A DNA stretch of 64,000 bases, taken from positions 160,001-224,000 of the IMG/VR virus record IMGVR_UViG_3300043177_000122. One strand, given 5' to 3'. This document shows positions 19,004 through 28,511 of this stretch, piece by piece (position 1 is the stretch's first letter; every line of letters starts with the position of its first letter). The stretch comes from a virus (Duplodnaviria > Caudoviricetes). A program made the translations under genes and the position numbers. The notes under the pieces are model-generated. The model was not told the DNA's origin. It ran no database searches and saw nothing but the letters and a program-made list of their open reading frames with translations.

Positions 19004-20254
19004 ATGCAAATTGAAGTAACTGAATTAGAACCATGCAGATTGTCTGTTCACTATGAAGCTAACTTCCTGGAAATCTCTGATAAGAGAGCAGAAGTAGAAA
19101 ATGCTTTTAAGAAAGCCCCAGTGCCCGGATTTAGGCCAGGTAAGCCTGTACCACCAGACGCTATTAGGGTGTATTATCGTCAACAAATTGATGATTCTCT
19201 AAAGCGAGCTTTGGCAGAAGATGCATTTCACAATACTCTTTTCGAAAAGAAGATTAGACCACATGGCGCCCCTCGTTTCAATAATTTACTATTAGATGGT
19301 GGTAAGTTTACTTGTGATTTTGAAATTTTGACAAAACCAGATTTTGAAATTCCTGATTGGAAAAATATGGAAGTTGTAAAACCACATGGTGAAGTAGAGG
19401 CGTCTGTACTTGCCGAAAAGATGATGCAGGAGTTGCGTGTCCGTTTAGGTGAAGTATCTCCTTATGGCGATACGGACTTTGTTCAATCTGGCGATAATGT
19501 TCTCATCGATTACAAAGGTAGTGTAGACGGTGAAGTTGTAGAAAGCTTAGTTGCTGAAGGCGAAATGATTACCGTAGGTAATAGTCCATTAGCAGCATTT
19601 GATAACAACTTATTGGGCATGTCACTAGATGAGACTCGTGAATTTGATTTTATTGCTCCTGCTCAAGGGCTTCCTTCTTTAGCAGGAAAGACCATTCATT
19701 TCGTAGTTACTGTAAAGATGGGAACTAAAACTGTACCATGTGCTCTTGATGATGAAATGGCTAAGAAGATGGGTAAAACTACCTTTGCTGAATTGCAAGA
19801 AACTGTTGCTCAGGCTGCCTTTGCACGTTCAGCCAGTATGAAGAAACTAGCAATTCAAGAGGCTGTGGCCAGAAAGCTTGTTGATAGTGTTGATATTAAA
19901 GTTCCAAACTGGATGTCTTTGTCTGAGGCTCAATATTTGAGCCACCAATCACAAGTAGATTGGAATACTATGCCAGATGTAGACCGAGAGAAGATGATTG
20001 AAATGGCCGAGCAAAATGTTAAGCTATCTCTAATTTTAGATAAGATTAGAGAGGCTGAGCCAGAAGCACAGCTAACTGATCAAGAGGTGTTTGAAATCAT
20101 CAAGCAAAATTTGGCTAATACCAAAGTAACTCAAAGCTTAGATGAAGTTATTCAACAGATGAACAAGACTGGTTATTTGCAAATCTTGTTCTCACGTATT
20201 AAAGATGAAAATACTATGGACTTCATAGTGAAGTCAATAAAATTGATTGATTAA
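19004..20254 (+). CDS. tig: trigger factor
   Basis: VPGFRPGK ribosome-binding signature, GDNVLIDYKG FKBP-like domain, helical C-terminal domain; 416 aa. Confidence 0.9.
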   Translation: MQIEVTELEPCRLSVHYEANFLEISDKRAEVENAFKKAPVPGFRPGKPVPPDAIRVYYRQQIDDSLKRALAEDAFHNTLFEKKIRPHGAPRFNNLLLDGGKFTCDFEILTKPDFEIPDWKNMEVVKPHGEVEASVLAEKMMQELRVRLGEVSPYGDTDFVQSGDNVLIDYKGSVDGEVVESLVAEGEMITVGNSPLAAFDNNLLGMSLDETREFDFIAPAQGLPSLAGKTIHFVVTVKMGTKTVPCALDDEMAKKMGKTTFAELQETVAQAAFARSASMKKLAIQEAVARKLVDSVDIKVPNWMSLSEAQYLSHQSQVDWNTMPDVDREKMIEMAEQNVKLSLILDKIREAEPEAQLTDQEVFEIIKQNLANTKVTQSLDEVIQQMNKTGYLQILFSRIKDENTMDFIVKSIKLID

Positions 20255-20269
20255 CAGGGAGAAAGTATA

Positions 20270-20590
20270 ATGGGAAAGAAAGATAATGGTCCTTTAACCT
20301 CTTTACCAAAGAAGTGGGACGATCTCATTAAGAAGATGCCGGAATTCAAAGACACTGCTGATGCAGCTAGTGTTGATGAATTAAAGAAAATTATCGTTGA
20401 ATGTGAGGGTAATATCTACACAGTCAATCGAGAAGAAGATGCAGATGATAAGTTAACCGCAGCTAGAGAAATGTCTAAAGAGCTAGCTGCTCCTTATCGT
20501 GATGCTAAGAAAGTACAACAGGCAAAAATTCAATATGCTCTACTTTGCTTAGAGAGCAAGGGAGTAGACCTAGATAACAAAGGCGACTAA
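20270..20590 (+). CDS. hypothetical helical protein
   Basis: 106-aa ORF with GGGAG RBS. Confidence 0.75.
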   Translation: MGKKDNGPLTSLPKKWDDLIKKMPEFKDTADAASVDELKKIIVECEGNIYTVNREEDADDKLTAAREMSKELAAPYRDAKKVQQAKIQYALLCLESKGVDLDNKGD

Positions 20591-20868
20591 TGAAAGTCGA
20601 AAGGTTCCTTATTCAAGCATGCTGTAACAAGAAGCAAATAGTTTTTAAACTAGATAGGCCAATTGATAATAGCTTACTTGAAGTTCTGAAAAGTAATGGG
20701 TATACAGAAGCTGCCCACTTTACTAAAGCAGGAATGCTATATGCCGATAATCTGGACTTAATAGTGACGGGTCCATTTGGTGGCGATAAGCTAAATGCTA
20801 AGTGTAAAAGAGCAGACTGTGACCAAATCCTCAATGATCTTGAGGCGTTGCTTGTCAGAACGGAGTGA
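20590..20868 (+). CDS. hypothetical protein
   Basis: 92-aa ORF, TAATG coupling. Confidence 0.7.
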   Translation: MKVERFLIQACCNKKQIVFKLDRPIDNSLLEVLKSNGYTEAAHFTKAGMLYADNLDLIVTGPFGGDKLNAKCKRADCDQILNDLEALLVRTE

Positions 20869-20870
20869 GG

Positions 20871-21536
20871 ATGGCAAAGGGTAAAGGTTCTATCACTGAA
20901 GTCAGAAAGAAAGTTACCAAAACCCACGAATTTATTTCAACTTCCTATCATGAGGCAGGACATGCTGTTATTGCATTGTTATACCTTATGAAAGTTAGTT
21001 CCGTGTCTGTTTTTGAAAATAAGCAATTTAAAAGAATTCACGGTATTTGTTATTATGATTATCCTAGTGATTTTGATGAAATTCAAGACCCTGAATTATT
21101 GAATACTCTAGTTAGAGCAGAAATTGGTATTAGTTATGCTGGTTTAATTGCTGAAACTTCTTTATTTAGAAGTATTTCAGGGTCTAAACAAACTCCAACT
21201 TTTATCAGTTATGGTTCTGCAGATGATAACAAATCAGCCCGAGAGGTGATTAAAAAGTATAACCTGGCACCTCCAGGGCCTAAAAGAACAGCTTATAAAA
21301 GAAAATTAATGGCTGAAGTGCAAAATGAACTTCATGAACATTGGGACGCAGTGATGGCAATAGCTCATGCTCTTTTCCGTCATCGTCGATTGTCTTTTGT
21401 TGATTTACAAGAATTGCTGACTAAGAAGACTCGTAACAAAAAATTCTGGAAAGATCAATTCAAGAAGATTAGTTATTTTTACGATAATAGTCAGAACCTT
21501 GACGAAAAAGATTTGAAATCTATATTGTCAAGGTAA
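20871..21536 (+). CDS. stand-alone M41 (FtsH-type) zinc peptidase domain
   Basis: SYHEAGH, YAGLIAE (GGxxAE equivalent), GSADD (GAxND equivalent), MAIAHAL; no AAA or TM segment. Confidence 0.78.
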   Translation: MAKGKGSITEVRKKVTKTHEFISTSYHEAGHAVIALLYLMKVSSVSVFENKQFKRIHGICYYDYPSDFDEIQDPELLNTLVRAEIGISYAGLIAETSLFRSISGSKQTPTFISYGSADDNKSAREVIKKYNLAPPGPKRTAYKRKLMAEVQNELHEHWDAVMAIAHALFRHRRLSFVDLQELLTKKTRNKKFWKDQFKKISYFYDNSQNLDEKDLKSILSR

Positions 21537-21659
21537 CGTAACCACCACACCGTATTCCCTGGCACAGTACACGCAGTCTATCCTTAGACTGAAAACTCCC
21601 CTGAGATTGGGTAAGATGTACATACGTGTTACAATACACAAACCATATCAGGAGGTCTT

Positions 21660-24600
21660 ATGACCGACTTTGTTTCGCTGCATAATCAGACGCAGTTTTC
21701 TATTCTTGATTCTATCATCACACCCAAGGCATTGTTCAAGCGAGCAAAAGAACTAGGGCAAACAGCAGTGGCAATAACAGACCATGGTTCTTTAGCTGGA
21801 ACATGGGATGCATGGAAGGCTTCAAAAGAAACTGGTGTAAAACTTATTATTGGATGTGAATGTTATTTTCAAGATGATGCCTCCAATGTTAATGAGAAAT
21901 TTCGTCACATTGTATTATTAGCCAAGAATGCTGTTGGCTATCGTAATTTGTTGACATTGAATAAGAAAGGTTTCGATCAGAGTTCCTTTGTTGGTAAGCG
22001 CGTTTATTCTGTGCTTGATTGGAAATTATTGGAACAGTATTCTGAAGGACTAATTTGTTTGACCGCTTGCGGTAATGGCATCATCAGCCAGCCTATTATG
22101 AAGGGTAAAATGGATGAAGCAGAGAAAACTCTGTTGCGCCTCAAAGATTTGTTTGCTGATAATTTGGGGATTGAAATTCAGCCCAACAACATGAAGCGCG
22201 GTTCAAATATCTTTAATGATGAAATTGATCAAGATTTTTTGAACAGACAATTAGTAAAGCTCGGCAAAAAACACAATGTTCGTGTTGTGGCTGCCTGTAA
22301 TGCTCATTATCTAACAAAAGAAGATGCGGATGTACATGACGCATTCCTTGCTATTGGTGCGCATCAGCCAAAACATTCTGGTTTCCGCCTTAAGTATCCG
22401 GTTCCCGAGTTTTATCTTAAAACGGGCGATGAAGTTAAAGAATTTTTTGCACGTGTTTATAAAGACGAAGCGCAAACCTTCGTAGATAATTCTATTTACT
22501 TTGCTAACTTGTGCGAGAAGCCTGAATGGATTGATCCGAAGTTTTCTAATCCATCAGGAAAAGAATTGCCAGTATTCCCTGTTAAAGATGAGCCTGATTA
22601 TCCTCAATTCCGTGAATGGGTTACCAAACAGCCAGAAGACATTCAGAAATTGGATGAGGATAAATTGTTCTTGCGCTACCGCTGTATTGAACGATTTGAT
22701 TCTCGTGTCAAGAATCTTACCCCAGAGCAACGTGAGCAATATAATAAACGTATAGAAGAGGAGCTGGATGTTTTAGAATTCCATGGATTCTCCAGTTATA
22801 TGCTCATTGTTGCAGATTTTATAGATTGGGCTAGAAAGCATGAAATTGCTGTAGGAGAAGGTCGAGGTTCTGTTGGCGGCTCACTAGTAGCTTATCTATT
22901 GGGAATTCACCAGGCCGATCCGATTAAATACAATTTGATTTTTGCTCGTTTTCATAATAAAGAAAAGAGTTCATTTCCAGATATTGATACTGACTTTGCG
23001 CCATCTGGTCGTGAGTTAGTTCAAAATTATTTGCGTAAGAAATATGGCGAAGATCATGTAGCACACGTTAGTAATGTTAACACAATTACACCAAAAGTGT
23101 ACGTTAAAGATATTGCGCGTATTTTTGAATTTGGAGGATCCAAAGAAGAAGCGTTTAAGATTGGCAATGAAGTTGCAAACTGTATTCCTGCAGATATACA
23201 CTCTATTGATGACGCTTTGACAAAAGTTCCCCTCTTTGCAGAGTATGCTAAGAAATATCCAGAGTTTGTAAAATACAAAGATATCTGTGGTAAATATCGA
23301 GCTTGGTCTACCCATGCTGGTGGTATCATTATCTCTGCCCGCCCTTTGACTGGACTCGTTCCGCTTAGAAAGGATAAGGATGGAGCCTTAGCCATTGAGT
23401 ATGATAAGGATAAAGCAGAAGAAAACGGCCTGGTCAAGATGGATACTTTGGGACTTTCAACTCTAGATATCATTGGTCAAGCTATGAAGTTAATTAAGGA
23501 GTCTGGCAAACCAGTTCCAGAAAATATTAGTTATGATGAATATGATCAAGAAGCATATGATATCATTTCTAGTGGCGATACATTTTGTGTATTCCAGTTA
23601 GGAACCTCTGGCGGAACTATTGATCTTTGTAAGCAGATTAAACCAAAGTCGGTTAATGATATTAGTTATATTAACTCTTTGGCAAGACCTTCTGCCCGAG
23701 ACATGCGTAAAGATTTTATCTTAACCAAAGTCGGCAAAAAACCATTCGCACTGTTGCATCCAACATTAGGTCGAGCATTCAATAATACATTCGGTTTCGG
23801 TCTTTATGAAGAGTCTTTGATGTATCTTGCCCAGGACGTAGCTGGATGGAGCTTACATGAAGCAGACCGTCTTCGTAAGTTAACTAAAGAAAAAGGTAAG
23901 AATCCTAAGAAGGTTCAAGAATGGAGAAATGAGTTTATTAAAGGCGCTGTAGAAAATAATGTAGATGAGGCTATTGCTAAACGTATTTGGGACGAAGTTG
24001 TTGATAAGTTCCAGGGTTACGGTTTTAACATGTCTCACAGTATTTTATACTCAATGACGAGTTACAAGACCGCTTATCTTAAAGCTCATTATCCAATTGA
24101 ATTCTTAATGGCTAACTTAATGGCAGAAGTTAAATCGAACTCTCCAGATGCAAAGGGCAACATTGAGAAGATCAAAAAAGAGATTCGTAAACGCAGGGTC
24201 AAAATTGTCCCTCCGGATATTAACAAATCACAACTATCTTATACCATTGAAGATGGTAACAAATTAATTACTGGTTTGGATGCAATTAAGTTTGTTGGTG
24301 CTGATGCTATAAATGATATTCTTGAAAAGAGACCTTTTACTAGTTTCTTTGATTTTATGTCTAGAGTTAGTTCAAAAACAGTTCGAGCAAATAGTATTCA
24401 GGCTTTAGCTGCATGTGGCGCGTTAGATTCGTTTGGTATTCCGCGCAAATTGATGTACTTGTATGTTTCTGACTATCGTAAGAAATTGCAAGTTTGGTTA
24501 AAGAAGCATGATCCTACTCAAGAGGAATTTATTTATCCATGGCCACAAGAGTCTGCTTGGACTATGCCAGAGATTTATGCTCTTGAGCATTATTATCTAG

Positions 24601-25172
24601 GTGAGTCATTTAGCTGCAAACCATCACTAGCATATGGTAAATTCTTTGATGGAGATGCTACAACTGTACAAGAAATTAAACGAATGAAGGATAAGACCAA
24701 TGTATCTTCTGTCAAAGGTATCATTCGTGATTTCTTTGAATTCCGTGTGAAAAAAGAAGGTAAGTATTATGGTCAGTCTATGATTAAAGCTGTAATGGAA
24801 GATAAAAATGGCGACCAATGTACTCTAACTATTTTCCCGGACCGCTGGAAAACCGTACAGGAACGAATTGCAGAACTTAATAAGAAGGCTGAATTTGATA
24901 TAGGTATAGCATTGTACTTCTCGGGTAACACCAATTCTTATGAAGATGATATGGGAATCATATTGGATCAATTATACCATATCGCGTTGCCGCCGTCTTT
25001 GCCGGCCGATCTAAAAGCTAAGAAAATCAATCTTAAAGAGGCAAAAGCTAAGCTTTTTGGAGAGGTAAAAGAGGAAAAACCTAAGAGTCCTCAGGAGATA
25101 CTAGATCAAATTGAAGATACTCTCTATGATGAGGGCCTAATTGATTTAGATGACGAAAATGAAGATGATTGA
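21660..25172 (+). CDS. dnaE: DNA polymerase III alpha subunit (family C)
   Basis: PHP domain (LHNQT.FS.LD, AITDHG), GRGSVGGSL, PDIDTD, KMDTLGL, FQGYGFNMSH, OB fold; GGAGG RBS. Confidence 0.97.
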   Translation: MTDFVSLHNQTQFSILDSIITPKALFKRAKELGQTAVAITDHGSLAGTWDAWKASKETGVKLIIGCECYFQDDASNVNEKFRHIVLLAKNAVGYRNLLTLNKKGFDQSSFVGKRVYSVLDWKLLEQYSEGLICLTACGNGIISQPIMKGKMDEAEKTLLRLKDLFADNLGIEIQPNNMKRGSNIFNDEIDQDFLNRQLVKLGKKHNVRVVAACNAHYLTKEDADVHDAFLAIGAHQPKHSGFRLKYPVPEFYLKTGDEVKEFFARVYKDEAQTFVDNSIYFANLCEKPEWIDPKFSNPSGKELPVFPVKDEPDYPQFREWVTKQPEDIQKLDEDKLFLRYRCIERFDSRVKNLTPEQREQYNKRIEEELDVLEFHGFSSYMLIVADFIDWARKHEIAVGEGRGSVGGSLVAYLLGIHQADPIKYNLIFARFHNKEKSSFPDIDTDFAPSGRELVQNYLRKKYGEDHVAHVSNVNTITPKVYVKDIARIFEFGGSKEEAFKIGNEVANCIPADIHSIDDALTKVPLFAEYAKKYPEFVKYKDICGKYRAWSTHAGGIIISARPLTGLVPLRKDKDGALAIEYDKDKAEENGLVKMDTLGLSTLDIIGQAMKLIKESGKPVPENISYDEYDQEAYDIISSGDTFCVFQLGTSGGTIDLCKQIKPKSVNDISYINSLARPSARDMRKDFILTKVGKKPFALLHPTLGRAFNNTFGFGLYEESLMYLAQDVAGWSLHEADRLRKLTKEKGKNPKKVQEWRNEFIKGAVENNVDEAIAKRIWDEVVDKFQGYGFNMSHSILYSMTSYKTAYLKAHYPIEFLMANLMAEVKSNSPDAKGNIEKIKKEIRKRRVKIVPPDINKSQLSYTIEDGNKLITGLDAIKFVGADAINDILEKRPFTSFFDFMSRVSSKTVRANSIQALAACGALDSFGIPRKLMYLYVSDYRKKLQVWLKKHDPTQEEFIYPWPQESAWTMPEIYALEHYYLGESFSCKPSLAYGKFFDGDATTVQEIKRMKDKTNVSSVKGIIRDFFEFRVKKEGKYYGQSMIKAVMEDKNGDQCTLTIFPDRWKTVQERIAELNKKAEFDIGIALYFSGNTNSYEDDMGIILDQLYHIALPPSLPADLKAKKINLKEAKAKLFGEVKEEKPKSPQEILDQIEDTLYDEGLIDLDDENEDD

Positions 25173-25274
25173 TATATACGATGTTGGTTGATAACAAAAT
25201 TGGCCGTATCGTCGAAAAATGATAAAGATGATATCATTTGTATATAAAATCTATGCATAGTAAGGAATGTAGTT

Positions 25275-26213
25275 ATGTCAAGAATAAAGCTAAAGGAATG
25301 GGCAGATAGAAATAACCTGTCATACATTACCGCAAATAGACATTTCCACCAAGGATTAATCCCTGGGGCTGTCCAGCTTGATTCTGGTACTATCCTTGTA
25401 GAGGATGACTCTTTGGAGCAGAATATGGCAGCTAATTCTAGTGCAAATGATGCAATGTCCCTTTTTCTGAAAAAGACGGTCGAGTTCAGTAAAAATAATT
25501 CCACAGTGGAAGACTTTGCCGCTTTTATTATCTCGAATTTTCAGCTTAAACTAAATTCAGTTCCAGAGAGCCCTCGCTACTCTCGTAATAGACCAAAAGC
25601 AGATGAAGTGCAAAAACACTTTCAGCAATTCCTTCCAGATAAAGAATCTGTTGAACATATGAAAGCAGTCGCAGCTCTTTTGAAGCAAGGTAAAACGGCT
25701 GGAAATGTTGTGCCTGCTGCAAGTGTGCCTGCTGCAAGTGCGCCTGAGGCAGCAGCCACTTCACCTGCTGATGGTTTGTTAAGTGAAGAAGAATTGCAAA
25801 GTTTATTTGCGGCATCTCCTAGTGCCGTAACAGACATGCATGCGTATACAGGTGTACACATGTATGGGGGAGAAACTACTGAAGGTCTGGTATCACGAAG
25901 TGTTGATTTAAACACAACTCCACAACAAATCAACTATACCGGCTCTACAAGCCAGACCTTCAGTAGCACATCTTCTATTATTGGAGGTATGCAAGCCAAC
26001 GCTAGTCATCTTGTTGGCGCCGCTCCGTTTGGAGAAGTTGCTATGAATGGAATATTTTTAGCCGCTCCAGCATCTGCTAGTTCTGTGCCCGTTACTTTCC
26101 AACCAACTCAAAAAGAAATATTATCAGCAACTCAAATTATTGAAACTGTCGATTCTGATGAAGTTAATGAGTTCCCACGCAAACGTGGCAGAAAACCATC
26201 TAAGAAGAGATAA
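25275..26213 (+). CDS. IS607-TnpA-like MerR HTH fused to a low-complexity region with C-terminal AT-hook-like motif
   Basis: KLKEWA...SYITANRHFHQGLIPGAVQLDSGTILV; ends RKRGRKPSKKR; no recombinase catalytic domain. Confidence 0.7.
   Translation: MSRIKLKEWADRNNLSYITANRHFHQGLIPGAVQLDSGTILVEDDSLEQNMAANSSANDAMSLFLKKTVEFSKNNSTVEDFAAFIISNFQLKLNSVPESPRYSRNRPKADEVQKHFQQFLPDKESVEHMKAVAALLKQGKTAGNVVPAASVPAASAPEAAATSPADGLLSEEELQSLFAASPSAVTDMHAYTGVHMYGGETTEGLVSRSVDLNTTPQQINYTGSTSQTFSSTSSIIGGMQANASHLVGAAPFGEVAMNGIFLAAPASASSVPVTFQPTQKEILSATQIIETVDSDEVNEFPRKRGRKPSKKR
25710..25739 (+). repeat. 15-bp in-frame tandem repeat (2 exact copies plus a degenerate third)
   Basis: GTGCCTGCTGCAAGT x2, encoding VPAAS. 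Confidence 0.85.
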
Positions 26214-26215
26214 TA

Positions 26216-26938
26216 ATGCAATTGTCAAGTCGTCTTACAAAATTATTTCAATCACAAACTGATAAGATATTTAAATATCTTTTTTCAGAGAATCCTGATG
26301 TTATTAAGTCTTATGTCAATGGTGGTTTATCTGCTATTAGCATGATATTAGCACCAGTTAATGTATTTATGAGGCATCTACTAACGGTTCAAGGTTTAGA
26401 CCCTGATGCGGTTCCTGGGGAAGCTCAGAGAGAATTGCTTCAAACTGCTTTTAATAGTATATTTGAAGCCACTCATGAAAAAGATTATGATGACGATTAT
26501 GATGTTTCGTGGGCTCGTAATAGATATAAGTCTGTGAAAGAAAAGCTAGATATTACTGAAGATAATTATAAGTCTCTGACAGATTTATCTAGGTTTAATG
26601 ATGACCCACCAGTTTTGACTAAAGAAAAATTTGATGATTTAGTGCAAAAGGTTAATCCAGTAGCATTAGAGTCGGAAAAACGCGAATTACCATTAGTAAC
26701 AACTTATTTCCAAGATGAAATTCAAGCTCTTAAAAGTTTTGTTGATTCTATGGAAGAAAGCAAAGCTAAGAAAAATAATCTTAAACCATCCTCTAAAAAG
26801 GTAAATAAAGGTAAGAGATCGGGAGGTATAATTCGTAGAATAACTTCTAATGAGACGCCAAAAGAAGAACCATCAACTTTGGAGGTTAAATCTGATCGTA
26901 AAGTTCGTCCATCTTCTAAGAGACCCCCCAGGTCGTAA
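26216..26938 (+). CDS. hypothetical protein; may continue by +1 shift into the next frame
   Basis: 240-aa ORF ending AGA CCC CCC AGG TCG TAA. Confidence 0.75.
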   Translation: MQLSSRLTKLFQSQTDKIFKYLFSENPDVIKSYVNGGLSAISMILAPVNVFMRHLLTVQGLDPDAVPGEAQRELLQTAFNSIFEATHEKDYDDDYDVSWARNRYKSVKEKLDITEDNYKSLTDLSRFNDDPPVLTKEKFDDLVQKVNPVALESEKRELPLVTTYFQDEIQALKSFVDSMEESKAKKNNLKPSSKKVNKGKRSGGIIRRITSNETPKEEPSTLEVKSDRKVRPSSKRPPRS

Positions 26939-27233
26939 TTTAAGTGAATTAGCTGCGGAAAAGAAAGTTAAGGTAAAAGAAGCTATCCCAGAATTTCACG
27001 CAGAAATGAAAAGAAAACTAACTAAAGCTACAGAACTAACCAACCTAATGATTGCAAATGGTCTTTGTCAACCGGATAATAAATCTCGTAGAGACCAAAT
27101 TAAGTCAATGATAAATTGGACTGATAACAATTTTGAAGCTCTAGAAAGAGTTATCAAAAAAAAATACGCTCCCACGAAAGATGCAGTAGTTGAGAATAAA
27201 TTTAAAGGCTCTTTTAGAAGAGTTCGGAAATAA
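26931..27233 (+). CDS. coding frame without a convincing own start; likely C-terminal part of the 26216 gene
   Basis: GRNLSELAAEKK...GSFRRVRK*; first in-frame ATG after the upstream stop is at about 27007 without a clear RBS. Confidence 0.6.
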   Translation, partial: GRNLSELAAEKKVKVKEAIPEFHAEMKRKLTKATELTNLMIANGLCQPDNKSRRDQIKSMINWTDNNFEALERVIKKKYAPTKDAVVENKFKGSFRRVRK

Positions 27234-27240
27234 GGTATAA

Positions 27241-27702
27241 ATGCCAATTAGACGTGTTCAACAACAATCAGATAGTGGAAGTATCCAAAACCTACAAAAT
27301 AGGAACGAGGAAGAACTTCCTCCAACCGATTATGAGCTTCGAGTGAAAGAGCTTTATGAACATGCATTGGTAACTAGAAATCAAGCCCTAGTTGACTCCC
27401 TGAGTTTGATTCCACTTAATGGGGCTGCCAATGATCCGGTTTCTATTTTTTTTAGACACAGAGAATATGTTAAATCACTTAGCGCCTCGCTAGCTGAAAA
27501 AATTCGGCAGGCAGCTAAAGAAATTGCAAGCTGCTTACATGTGGATGAATCTTCTTTACCACAAGAAATAAAATGGTCTAGATATAAGCAATCTCATTAT
27601 CTTACAGCTATTACTGAAGATATTGATATAGTTAAAGTAGCAAGTGCTGATGGCCAAACTTATACGAGGACAAAAAGAAGTTTTAGAAGGGTAATCGAAT
27701 GA
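27241..27702 (+). CDS. hypothetical protein
   Basis: 153-aa ORF, AAGG RBS. Confidence 0.75.
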   Translation: MPIRRVQQQSDSGSIQNLQNRNEEELPPTDYELRVKELYEHALVTRNQALVDSLSLIPLNGAANDPVSIFFRHREYVKSLSASLAEKIRQAAKEIASCLHVDESSLPQEIKWSRYKQSHYLTAITEDIDIVKVASADGQTYTRTKRSFRRVIE

Positions 27703-28511
27703 AGTGCGTATCCTGTGAAATAGAAATTAATCCAAAATGGAAATATGCTATTGATATGAATGTGTGTCCCTTTTGTGGCAAACATATTATGGAAGAGCAT
27801 CTTAAGAACTGTCTAACTACTTTGGCTGCTGCTATGGAAGCGATGCTTAAGTACCCTGAACAGTTAGATGATTGGCTGCTATCTAATCATAACTATATTA
27901 AAACAGACTCTCCCGATCTAAAACAATATCTTCCAAAAGAAGCTTTCGAAGAAATACGCAAAGAACTTGATGAAGCAGAATTTCAAGAGAAGAAAAAGTC
28001 TGTTGTTAAGATTAAGGTTCCGACAGAAGATGGTGATGTTATTGAACAAGAAGTTGTTGTTGAAAAGATGGCAACCGATGATAGAACTCAAACTTTCCAC
28101 GATCGCGCAAACAATATGTTGAAGCAAGAGAAAGCTGTGAATGGTGACCCTAAAAGTGTCGCCGCAAAAACTAGGGATCTTAAAGCAATGGCAGAAAAAA
28201 TCAAGCGAGAAGCTGCAATTCAAGCGAAAGCCGAAGGTGGTATGGCACCTATGATGAGCAAGGAAATGATCGCTTCTGGTGATATAGTGTCTTCGAGCTT
28301 GCCACCAGCTTCCGATGGTGATGACGATGAAATTTCAGATGTTGTTTTAGCAATGAATAATATGAAAAAATTTGGAGGGGTTGGTGGTGCGAACGAAAAA
28401 GATTTGCATGCCCTAGCTAAGATGCAGGCAAAAGCTCAAGGCGCTTTCAAACGATTGGGTTCTGGTCAAGGAAGTTTTTCAAGAGTAAACCATGGCAATC
28501 AGAGTCGTTGA
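27699..28511 (+). CDS. hypothetical protein with N-terminal zinc ribbon
   Basis: MKCVSC...CPFCG; ATGA overlap. Confidence 0.78.
   Translation: MKCVSCEIEINPKWKYAIDMNVCPFCGKHIMEEHLKNCLTTLAAAMEAMLKYPEQLDDWLLSNHNYIKTDSPDLKQYLPKEAFEEIRKELDEAEFQEKKKSVVKIKVPTEDGDVIEQEVVVEKMATDDRTQTFHDRANNMLKQEKAVNGDPKSVAAKTRDLKAMAEKIKREAAIQAKAEGGMAPMMSKEMIASGDIVSSSLPPASDGDDDEISDVVLAMNNMKKFGGVGGANEKDLHALAKMQAKAQGAFKRLGSGQGSFSRVNHGNQSR

Noticed and set aside
25275-26213. Intact IS607 insertion sequence
   Set aside because: No serine recombinase catalytic domain, no tnpB and no element ends visible.
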